Source: Crocosphaera sp.
GTDB lineage: Bacteria > Cyanobacteriota > Cyanobacteriia > Cyanobacteriales > Microcystaceae
Length of the DNA stretch: 16,325 nucleotides
Direction of reading: 5' to 3'
NCBI GenBank assembly: GCA_030065205.1
Contig: JASJDN010000116.1
Span: 1 to 16,325 of the forward strand
Below are positions 1-7,164 of the stretch, piece by piece. Positions within the stretch are counted from its first letter, which is position 1. Each line of letters starts with the position of its first letter. The notes under the pieces are model-generated. The model ran no database searches. It saw only the letters and a program-made list of their open reading frames with translations, and was not told the origin of the DNA. The position numbers were made by a program, and so were the translations under genes.

Positions 1-1
1 A

Positions 2-184
2 ATATGGTTAAATGTTCGTGAGTGGGAATGCCCTAAATGTGGCACTAAACATGACCGCGACATCAACGCAAGTAACAATATTTTGGCCGCAGGGCAAGCG
101 GTGTCAGTCTGTGGAGCGAGTGTAAGACCCGAAGAGAGTAAATCTCGGAAGGCAACTGCATTGAAGCAGAAACCTAGATCGTGA
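2..184 (+). pseudogene. tnpB: 3' end of an IS200/IS605-family TnpB (RNA-guided endonuclease/accessory transposase); 5' part lies outside the window, so intactness is unknown
   Basis: Frame 2 reads [60 protein letters not shown], containing the TnpB C-terminal zinc-finger half (CPKCG) and the RuvC-III '[12 protein letters not shown]' motif. Below the length cutoff of the ORF track. Confidence 0.9.
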
Positions 185-240
185 GGTTTAGGAATCACCG
201 CCCTAAGCGCGTAGCGGAGGGCGCGTGAGGATGTCAAGAT
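185..240 (+). mobile_element. Probable right end of the IS605-type element, with subterminal hairpin and likely 3' part of the omegaRNA (reRNA) scaffold
   Basis: Directly after the tnpB stop: CGCCCT (199..204) and AGGGCG (218..223) form a stem in CCGCCCTAAGCGCGTAGCGGAGGGCGCGTGAGGATGTCAAG. The exact end cannot be fixed without the left end. Confidence 0.6.
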
Positions 241-322
241 TATAGCTTATATTTTTATGATTAAAAGGAGGAATTGTAATCTGAAAAGAAGTAAACGATT
301 CAGCAATTCCTCCCTATTTCTG

Positions 323-487
323 TTACAGTATATAACCACCAGGGGGAGGGGTTGGTTCACCAGGGGGTAAAGGGTGTCCAGGGACTGGACAATGTCCGCC
401 ACGTACTCCTTTTAATTCCTCCAATGTGAGGTCTTGAAACTGTGAGATTGGCTTGTCATTTTTCTGTTTGTGTTGATTGTTTTTCAT
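323..487 (-). CDS. Small peptide, 54 aa, resembling a double-glycine-leader RiPP/bacteriocin-type precursor
   Basis: Reverse complement reads MKNNQHKQKNDKPISQFQDLTLEELKGVRGG|HCPVPGHPLPPGEPTPPPGGYIL*. 'LTLEELKGVRGG' matches the general LxxEELxxVxGG leader pattern. The 23-aa tail has 9 Pro, 4 Gly and 1 Cys. Not in the ORF track (too short). Confidence 0.6.
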   Translation of the reverse strand: MKNNQHKQKNDKPISQFQDLTLEELKGVRGGHCPVPGHPLPPGEPTPPPGGYIL

Positions 488-688
488 ATTGTCTGTCTGA
501 TTAAGTTCATAAAGTCAAACTATATTTACTTTATGGGGTTTAAAAGCTTTTTACCACCTATCTTTAGGAACTTAAGCAAGAAGTTAATACCAATTCTCAA
601 AAGTTAATAGAGACTTAAGTCGTCATTGCGAGAGTTAATATAAATAGTAAGTTTTGATTTTTACTAAAAATACCCCAAAGCAATCCAT

Positions 689-1030
689 TTAGTTTAATTC
701 CTGCTCAAAGTTTTCTAAATTTCCGTGAATGGCTAACCAAATACAAGGAGGATTACTACTGGTAAAAATAACCCGATGTTTTTGATGAGCTTTAATTAAT
801 AAATAATCCCCTGCTTTGAGGTCAATTGAAGAGTTGTCTAAATATAATAAAGTTGCGTCTCCTTGTAATAAAATAACCCATTCATCCTGTTCTTGATCGT
901 ACCAAGTTCCTTCGGGGGTGGTTTGTCCTGTGGAAATGATACGCTCAATTTTTATATTTTTGTTATTAATAATCGTCTCAAAAAATTCTTGATTATTCAG
1001 ATAATCAGGTAACTTAAAAATATTGTTCAT
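689..1030 (-). CDS. Small cupin-domain protein
   Basis: 113 aa, with a cupin-like pattern 'EGTWYDQEQDEWVILLQGDATLLY...LKAGDYLLIKAHQKHRV'. Confidence 0.85.
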   Translation of the reverse strand: MNNIFKLPDYLNNQEFFETIINNKNIKIERIISTGQTTPEGTWYDQEQDEWVILLQGDATLLYLDNSSIDLKAGDYLLIKAHQKHRVIFTSSNPPCIWLAIHGNLENFEQELN

Positions 1031-1043
1031 TCTAAATTCTAAA

Positions 1044-1116
1044 AGCAGTTTTCATATCAATAGATTAACAATTCATTATACAAATTCTTCCCACACTCCC
1101 CACCCCTCCCACACTC
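1044..1116 (+). repeat. Copy A of a ~73-bp dispersed intergenic repeat (other copy 6573..6644)
   Basis: AGCAGTTTTCATATCAATAGATTAAC...TCCCACACTCCCCACCCCTCCCACACTC aligns with AGTAGTTTTTATATCCATAGATTAAC...CCCCACACTCCCCACCCATCCCACACTC at 6573..6644. Confidence 0.8.
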
Positions 1117-1183
1117 CCCACACTCAATTGAAACCCCTATCCAAAAAACCCAAGACACGATATACTCCTTTCGGGATCTGTTG

Positions 1184-2563
1184 ATGGATAGAAACATGGT
1201 AGCAGTAGCAATTCTAGCAGCCGGCAAAGGAACACGGATGAAGTCTAACTTGCCTAAAGTATTACACACTTTAGGGGGGCGATCGCTAGTACAAAGGGTA
1301 CTCGATAGTTGTCATCTCATTAACCCATCTCGCAAATTAATTATTATTGGTTACGAAGGGGAACAGGTTAAACAGTCCTTTGAGGATACCTCATCCCTAG
1401 AATTCGTAGAACAAAAAGAACAATTAGGCACAGGCCACGCTATACAGCAATTATTACCCCATTTAGAAGGTTATGATGGGGATTTATTCGTTTTAAACGG
1501 AGATGCGCCTTTATTACGCCCTGAAACCTTAGAAAATTTATTGCAGATTCATCAAAAAAATAATAACGCAGCCACCTTATTAACGGCTAATTTACCCAAC
1601 CCTAAAGGGTATGGACGAGTTTTTTGCGACGGAAATAACCAAGTTAGTCAAATTGTAGAAGATCGCGACTGTAATGCGGCACAGAAAAACAACCATCGGG
1701 TAAATGGGGGAATTTATTGTTTTAACTGGCCAAAGTTAGCGCAAGTATTACCGAAACTATCTACCAACAACGATCAAAAAGAATATTATTTAACTGAAGT
1801 TGTAGATTATCTTAACCCGGTGATGGCCGTTGATGTGGAAGATTATTACGAAATTAATGGGATTAACGATCGCTATCAACTCTCTCAGGCTAATGATATT
1901 CTACAAGACCGTATCAAAAAGCGTTGGATGAGTGCAGGGGTGACGATGATCGATCCTGACAGTATTACTATTGATGATACGGTTATTTTAGAACCTGATG
2001 TGATTCTTGAACCTCAAACCCATCTACGGGGGAATACGTCTATCGGTGCAAAAAGTCGTATTGGTCCGGGAAGTCTCGTTGAAAATAGTATCATTGGGGA
2101 ACAAGTAACGGTACTTTATTCGGTTATTAGTGACTCAGACGTTGCGTCTCATTGTCGCGTTGGCCCTTATACTCATCTACGGGGAGAGGCGAAAATAGAA
2201 GAATCTTGTCGTATTGGTAATTTTGTAGAGATTAAAAAGACTCAGGTGGGAAATAAGAGTAATGTTGCTCATTTATCCTATCTTGGGGATGCAAAGTTAG
2301 GACAACAGGTAAATGTAGGTGCGGGAACTATTACCGCTAATTATGATGGGGTTAAGAAGCATCCGACTATTATCGGCGATCGCACTAAAACGGGAGCAAA
2401 TAGTGTGTTTGTGGCACCGGTAACGTTAGGAGAAGAGGTAACAGTAGCTGCCGGATCGGTTGTGACAAACGATGTTCCAGATCATGCTTTAGTTATTGCT
2501 AGACAACGACAAAGAATTATTGAAGATTGGAAGGCGAAAATAGCTCAAAAACAATCAAAATAA
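1184..2563 (+). CDS. glmU: Bifunctional N-acetylglucosamine-1-phosphate uridyltransferase / glucosamine-1-phosphate acetyltransferase GlmU
   Basis: [20 protein letters not shown] nucleotidyltransferase motif plus left-handed beta-helix hexapeptide repeats and '[30 protein letters not shown]'. The tracked ORF starts at TTG 1181; ATG 1184 or 1196 is more likely the start. Confidence 0.97.
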   Translation: MDRNMVAVAILAAGKGTRMKSNLPKVLHTLGGRSLVQRVLDSCHLINPSRKLIIIGYEGEQVKQSFEDTSSLEFVEQKEQLGTGHAIQQLLPHLEGYDGDLFVLNGDAPLLRPETLENLLQIHQKNNNAATLLTANLPNPKGYGRVFCDGNNQVSQIVEDRDCNAAQKNNHRVNGGIYCFNWPKLAQVLPKLSTNNDQKEYYLTEVVDYLNPVMAVDVEDYYEINGINDRYQLSQANDILQDRIKKRWMSAGVTMIDPDSITIDDTVILEPDVILEPQTHLRGNTSIGAKSRIGPGSLVENSIIGEQVTVLYSVISDSDVASHCRVGPYTHLRGEAKIEESCRIGNFVEIKKTQVGNKSNVAHLSYLGDAKLGQQVNVGAGTITANYDGVKKHPTIIGDRTKTGANSVFVAPVTLGEEVTVAAGSVVTNDVPDHALVIARQRQRIIEDWKAKIAQKQSK

Positions 2564-2566
2564 GGA

Positions 2567-2722
2567 ATGAAAACAGATACTATTTTTTATCGTCTTTTTC
2601 AATCTTTCCCCAGCATCTTCTTTGAATTAATTCGACACCCTGTTGATGAAGCAGATAACTATCGTTTTGACAGAATGAACAGTAATCTTAGGCACATAAT
2701 CCTATTATGTCCATTCCTGTAG
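2567..2722 (+). pseudogene. N-terminal remnant of an Rpn-family/DUF2887 protein (putative recombination-promoting nuclease)
   Basis: MKTDTIFYRLFQSFPSIFFELIRHPVDEADNYRFDRMNSNLRHIILLCPFL*. The first ~35 residues match the characteristic N-terminus of the family, then the frame runs into repeat DNA. Confidence 0.7.
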
Positions 2723-2872
2723 GGTGGGCAAACACTGAAAGATACTTCATGATCAGGTTAGGTAATTATTTTTGCCCACCGTTTCTATTCAAGAATAATA
2801 TAACGATGATGGTGGGCAATTAGAGAAACTATCTTGATTAAGCTATCAATTATCCCTGTTTGCCCACCCTAC
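2719..2872. repeat. REP/MITE-like palindromic element with 15-bp perfect terminal inverted repeats
   Basis: GTAGGGTGGGCAAAC (2719..2733) and its exact reverse complement GTTTGCCCACCCTAC (2858..2872), with a second internal inverted pair TTGCCCACC / GGTGGGCAA between them. Confidence 0.8.
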
Positions 2873-2879
2873 GCTTTTT

Positions 2880-3095
2880 CTACAACCGAGTAATTAACAT
2901 TCCTGTTAAGGTTGCAAAGGAACTTTGAGCAAGATCAGTAATTAGATCAGGGGTTGGTTTATCTTGGATACTTAAGACGATTGAACCAACCACACAGACA
3001 ATTAACGTTGACGAGAGAACTTTAGCAATGTTCACGCTTAAGGGATGCTGATTATTGTCTAGTTTGTCCTGTTTATTAGGTTTTTTGAAGAACAT
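2880..3095 (-). CDS. Hypothetical small membrane protein
   Basis: 71-aa ORF with a hydrophobic segment 'VLSSTLIVCVVGSIVLSI'. No family recognised. Confidence 0.4.
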   Translation of the reverse strand: MFFKKPNKQDKLDNNQHPLSVNIAKVLSSTLIVCVVGSIVLSIQDKPTPDLITDLAQSSFATLTGMLITRL

Positions 3096-3188
3096 GATAC
3101 ATTTTCTAATTCAATAAGAGGGTGCATTTAGCCTGGCAGCTTCGTTAACCTTACCCTAGATTGGGTTTTATAGTGGTTTTAAATAAGT

Positions 3189-3551
3189 TTGAGACACAGT
3201 AGTGTGAGCATCTTGTTCACTATGTCAACAAGAAAGAAAATAAATGATTTAATGCTATCTCAGTTATGGGTAGGTCTTTGGAGTCCCGTTAGCTACAGTT
3301 ATGCTCGTCGTGGACAGCAAAAGCTCTTAGAACAGACGAAAAAACGGGGAAAAAGGTTAAATATTTTAGGTCTTTATGCCATAGGAGTTAGTTTTGACTA
3401 CGGACTAAAGCTAGGCTCTTTTAAGGGAGACTCTTACCTGAAGTTGATGGACTGGCAAGCTCAACAAGCTTCTCAACGCTTAAAAGAGACTGGACAAATC
3501 ACAGTGATTGTTCAAGATAACCATCCCATACACATGAGTAAAGTTGCATAG
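3189..3551 (+). pseudogene. Truncated IS630-family transposase fragment
   Basis: 'VGLWSPVSYSYARRGQQKLLEQTKKRGKRLNILGLY...' and 'TGQITVIVQDNHPIHMSKVA' match the central DDE region of IS630-type transposases. Both ends are missing. Confidence 0.8.
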
Positions 3552-3892
3552 GATGTTAAATAGCGATCGCACCAACGTAACATGGGTAAATTTTTATGAG
3601 AAACGGCTAAGGTTCCATAGGGAATATTATTATCTAATTGTCGTTTAATAGCCTCAATAACTTAACAATCAGGTTTAAGTTGTGAGAAAATGACCAAGAG
3701 GATTTAACACTGTTAAATCCCTACAAAAGCTTATTGGTAGGGACATAATATTATTATGTCCTCATGGGTTCTCATATATCATTCCTGATTGCTATCGGAG
3801 GGGAATGCTTTCAGCTAAAACTCAGCTTTCTATCATTTACGGTTTAGTTAATTGTGAGAAGATAACAGTACGCCCATCTTACATTGTTGGTA

Positions 3893-5314
3893 ATGTTGCT
3901 GATTAAATCTTCCCCTAGTGTAAAACAACTGTTGCATCTAACTTCTCTCCGAGTTCGACTCACCCTTGGTATTGCTGCAATGTCCATTTTAGGACTGGGT
4001 GGGGTGGTTATTTGGATTAGTTGGCAAATGCAGAGTATTCTAGTCGTTACCCATAAAAATAATACAAGCTACATTGCGGAGCGTTTTCCCTCTGATGTGG
4101 AAATCTATAGCGATATGGTTTCTTTGCGAGAAGGAACTCAAAAGGCCATTGATAACCTGTCTAACCCCCAAACATTATTATGGGTGAAGAGTCCCCAAGG
4201 AGACATCTGGTCCCAGTCTCAAGTTTTGAAAATGGGAATGAGAGGAAATGATTTAGTGTCTTTGACAGATATTTCGCCTCAACCGGAATTACAACGGGTT
4301 AATAATCGTTATTGGTTGCTATGTTCGACGAAATTAGTGGTTAAAGGGGTTAATTTAGGGAATTTTTATATTGCTCAAGATATTACCAGGGATCAAATGA
4401 TGTTTTGGAGTGTCATGCGTAGTCTGTTGATTATAAGTGTCATTGCAACTATTTTCATGACCATGGCCATTGCTTGGTATATTCAAACCTCTCTGACACC
4501 GTTAAAACGGATGAGTCAGATGACACAAGATATTTGCACGGAAACGTTAGGAAAGGTACAAATTGAGTTAGAAAATGCGCCGAGTGAGGTCAAAGAATTA
4601 GCAGGAACTTTACAAACGACCTTAACCCGTCTTTCTGATGCTTGGGAAGATCAACGTCAGTTAGTCAGTAATGTTTCCCACGAGTTACGCACCCCGTTAA
4701 CGGTGGTTTCTGGTTATTTACAAAGTACCCTACGCAGGGGAAATAATTTAACGGATATCCAACGAGAAGCGTTAGCAACCGCTTCATCGGAAGCTGAGCG
4801 TACGGTTCAATTATTACAGGATTTACTCGATTTAGCTAGGGCCGAAAATGGAGGGATGTATTTTCATCTAGAAACCATTGTCCTCAATGAGTTATTACCC
4901 GAAATTGCGGGAATGGTTCATCAATATCCTATCCCTGTGCAGATTTCTCTTCCTGATGATTTAATCAAAGTGAAAGGGGATAAAAATCGCCTCAAACAAG
5001 TGTTTTTGAATTTAATCGACAATGGGGTTAAATATTCCCATTCTCCTGAACCCATTTTCCTGAAACTGAGTCAAGAGAAACAACAGGCAAAAATAGAAGT
5101 GTGCGATCGCGGTGTGGGTATTCCGTTAGCGGATCAAACTCGCATTTTTGAACGGTTTTATCGGGTGGATGAAGCAAGAAGTCGGAACGTTGGGGGAACT
5201 GGGTTAGGGTTATCTATCGTCAAAACCCTAGTAGAAGGGATGGGGGGAACTATCAAGGTTGTTTCTCAACCGGATCAAGGTACAATTTTTACGATTCTCT
5301 TTCCTTTGTCTTGA
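3893..5314 (+). CDS. Two-component sensor histidine kinase (TM - extracytoplasmic sensor - TM - HAMP-like - HisKA - HATPase)
   Basis: 'LVSNVSHELRTPLTVVSGYLQ' H-box, 'VFLNLIDNGVKYS' N-box, 'VCDRGVGIPLADQTRIFERFYRVDEARSRNVGGTGLGLSIVKTLVEGMGG' G-boxes. Two hydrophobic segments flank a ~150-aa sensor region. Tracked ORF begins with TTG 3884. Confidence 0.95.
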   Translation: MLLIKSSPSVKQLLHLTSLRVRLTLGIAAMSILGLGGVVIWISWQMQSILVVTHKNNTSYIAERFPSDVEIYSDMVSLREGTQKAIDNLSNPQTLLWVKSPQGDIWSQSQVLKMGMRGNDLVSLTDISPQPELQRVNNRYWLLCSTKLVVKGVNLGNFYIAQDITRDQMMFWSVMRSLLIISVIATIFMTMAIAWYIQTSLTPLKRMSQMTQDICTETLGKVQIELENAPSEVKELAGTLQTTLTRLSDAWEDQRQLVSNVSHELRTPLTVVSGYLQSTLRRGNNLTDIQREALATASSEAERTVQLLQDLLDLARAENGGMYFHLETIVLNELLPEIAGMVHQYPIPVQISLPDDLIKVKGDKNRLKQVFLNLIDNGVKYSHSPEPIFLKLSQEKQQAKIEVCDRGVGIPLADQTRIFERFYRVDEARSRNVGGTGLGLSIVKTLVEGMGGTIKVVSQPDQGTIFTILFPLS

Positions 5315-5388
5315 TCGGGTTTAATTATTTTAATAAATATGATAACTTTAAATAATTCTCTATTCCCTATTATCATAATTGATTGAGG

Positions 5389-6567
5389 ATGAATACAACA
5401 ACCAAAGAACCTAACAAATATTTATTATTATCAGGAGATGGTGAACGTCAGAAACTAGAAGTTAATTTCTGGTTAATCTCTTTGATGGGTTTATTACTAT
5501 TTATTGCCATTTATACCCTGACTTTACTGTTCTTAAGACCCACGTTTATTGGGGTTCTTTTATATGAAAGGGGGTTTACTCAATTTTTGGTCATTTATTT
5601 GGCTTGTTTTGTCGTATCTTTAACGGTCATTAAACTGATTAAATTACAACAAGAATCCTTGGCGTTACGTCGTTCTTGGGTTCCACAAACCGTTACGTTT
5701 GATAATCCGCGATCGCGGGATTTATTGACCTTACAAAACAATTTAACTAAACAGAATCAACTATTACCCATTCGTTGTAGTCGCATTTTAGGGGCTTACA
5801 TTCAGTCAGGAAGTCGTAAAATTGCCTCGGAATTAGCGTTAGATGATTCGACGTTTTATTTGAGTGCAACGGATGCTTCTTATAGCTTTCCCCGTGTTCT
5901 GGTTTGGGCGATTCCCCTATTAGGATTTATTGGTACGGTAATCGGGATTAGTCAAGCGGTTAATGGGTTTTCTAGTTTCCTGGAACAAGCGGGAGAAATT
6001 GAACAAATTAAAGAAGGAATTGGTACGGTAACCAGTGGGTTAGCGGTAGCATTTGACACCACGTTATTAGCTTTATTATTAAGTGTTTTGGTGATGATTC
6101 CTTTAGTTTTAGTAGAAAGAATGGAATCCCGTTTGCTGCTCAGAATTGATATTTATATCAATGATTTTGTGTTACCTCGTCTCAAAGAAAGAAGTGAAAA
6201 TCTAGATTACGATGGCATTAATCAGTCTATTCGTCAAGCCTTTCAAGATTATTTACCTAACCCTGAAGCATTAATTAAACCCGCAGAAATCTATGCACAA
6301 CAAGCAGCCGAAACTTTTTCAAAAAGCTTTATTTCAGAAATCGAAAAATTACAACAATTAAGCGGTAATTTAATCGAACAACTGGACAAAATCAATAACA
6401 TGAGCATCGAAGAAAAAAGCAAATTTCTTGAAATGTTAGATCAACAATTAAACGTCAATCGAGAACTTTCTCAGTCTATGATTACAGAAATTAAACACAT
6501 TCAACCTATCCTCGAAAAATTAAGTAAACCTCGTTTAATCACTTTTACCGATTCCGAAGAACTTTAA
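5389..6567 (+). CDS. MotA/TolQ/ExbB-like proton channel family protein, ~4 TM with C-terminal coiled-coil-like tail
   Basis: 'VLVWAIPLLGFIGTVIGISQAVNGF' and 'IGTVTSGLAVAFDTTLLALLLSVLVMIPLVLVERMES' are MotA_ExbB signature helices. ATG at 5389 preceded by GAGG. Confidence 0.88.
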   Translation: MNTTTKEPNKYLLLSGDGERQKLEVNFWLISLMGLLLFIAIYTLTLLFLRPTFIGVLLYERGFTQFLVIYLACFVVSLTVIKLIKLQQESLALRRSWVPQTVTFDNPRSRDLLTLQNNLTKQNQLLPIRCSRILGAYIQSGSRKIASELALDDSTFYLSATDASYSFPRVLVWAIPLLGFIGTVIGISQAVNGFSSFLEQAGEIEQIKEGIGTVTSGLAVAFDTTLLALLLSVLVMIPLVLVERMESRLLLRIDIYINDFVLPRLKERSENLDYDGINQSIRQAFQDYLPNPEALIKPAEIYAQQAAETFSKSFISEIEKLQQLSGNLIEQLDKINNMSIEEKSKFLEMLDQQLNVNRELSQSMITEIKHIQPILEKLSKPRLITFTDSEEL

Positions 6568-6572
6568 TTTAC

Positions 6573-6644
6573 AGTAGTTTTTATATCCATAGATTAACCA
6601 TGAAAATAAAAATTATCCCCACACTCCCCACCCATCCCACACTC
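6573..6644 (+). repeat. Copy B of the ~73-bp dispersed intergenic repeat (other copy 1044..1116)
   Basis: See the alignment given for 1044..1116. Confidence 0.8.
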
Positions 6645-6687
6645 AACTTAACTCAAAGATTGATACACCCCATTAAAAACTGCTACT

Positions 6688-7164
6688 ATGCGTCGTCGTT
6701 CTTTTGCTAAAAAATCCCTAGAAGTTGAATTGTTTCCCTTTCTTTCAATTTTAGCTTGTACCATTGGTACTCTCATTTTATTAATCATTGTTTTAACGAC
6801 TCAACTACTCAAAAATGAACGAGAAATCACCATTATTGCCAAACAAGAAACCACCGGAGAAAATCAAGGTAAAATCCCCAAATATATAGAATGCCGAGAG
6901 GATGGAATCTTATTACATCCTAGTCAAGTTTTTGTCCCTAAATCTGATATTAATAATCGGCGATCACCCCTAAATCAATTAATTCGGGAGGTACAAAAAA
7001 ACAAAGATAAACAGTATTTAATTGTTGTCCTTCGTCCCCAAGGAATTGATGTGTTTCAACAAGTTAGAGACATAGTAGAAAAACAGGGGATTGATATTGG
7101 ATACGAACCCATTGATGAAGATTGGAAATTAAAAATAGAAGAATTAACTAACAATGAGAACTAG
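6688..7164 (+). CDS. Single-TM TolR/ExbD-like accessory protein, variant with Ser at the usual TM Asp position
   Basis: N-terminal TM 'LFPFLSILACTIGTLILLIIVLTT', C-terminal domain 'YLIVVLRPQGIDVFQQVRDIVEKQGIDIGYEPIDEDWKL'. Adjacent to a MotA/TolQ homologue. Confidence 0.75.
   Translation: MRRRSFAKKSLEVELFPFLSILACTIGTLILLIIVLTTQLLKNEREITIIAKQETTGENQGKIPKYIECREDGILLHPSQVFVPKSDINNRRSPLNQLIREVQKNKDKQYLIVVLRPQGIDVFQQVRDIVEKQGIDIGYEPIDEDWKLKIEELTNNEN

Noticed and set aside
1057-1269. 70-aa minus-strand ORF in the track
   Set aside because: It runs across the C-rich dispersed repeat ([12 protein letters not shown] is a translation of that repeat) and into the start of glmU on the opposite strand. 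No protein-like features.
1279-1286. HIP1 octamer GCGATCGC here and at several other places (for example near 3563, 5105, 5708, 11598, 14731, 14908, 15276)
   Set aside because: Known highly iterated palindrome of many cyanobacteria; expected background, not a local signal.
3573-3665. Minus-strand trace VIEAIKRQLDNNIPYGTLAVSHKNLPMLRWCDR
   Set aside because: Protein-like wording, but bounded by a stop immediately upstream with no start codon, and no family recognised. Perhaps a gene relic; too weak to call.
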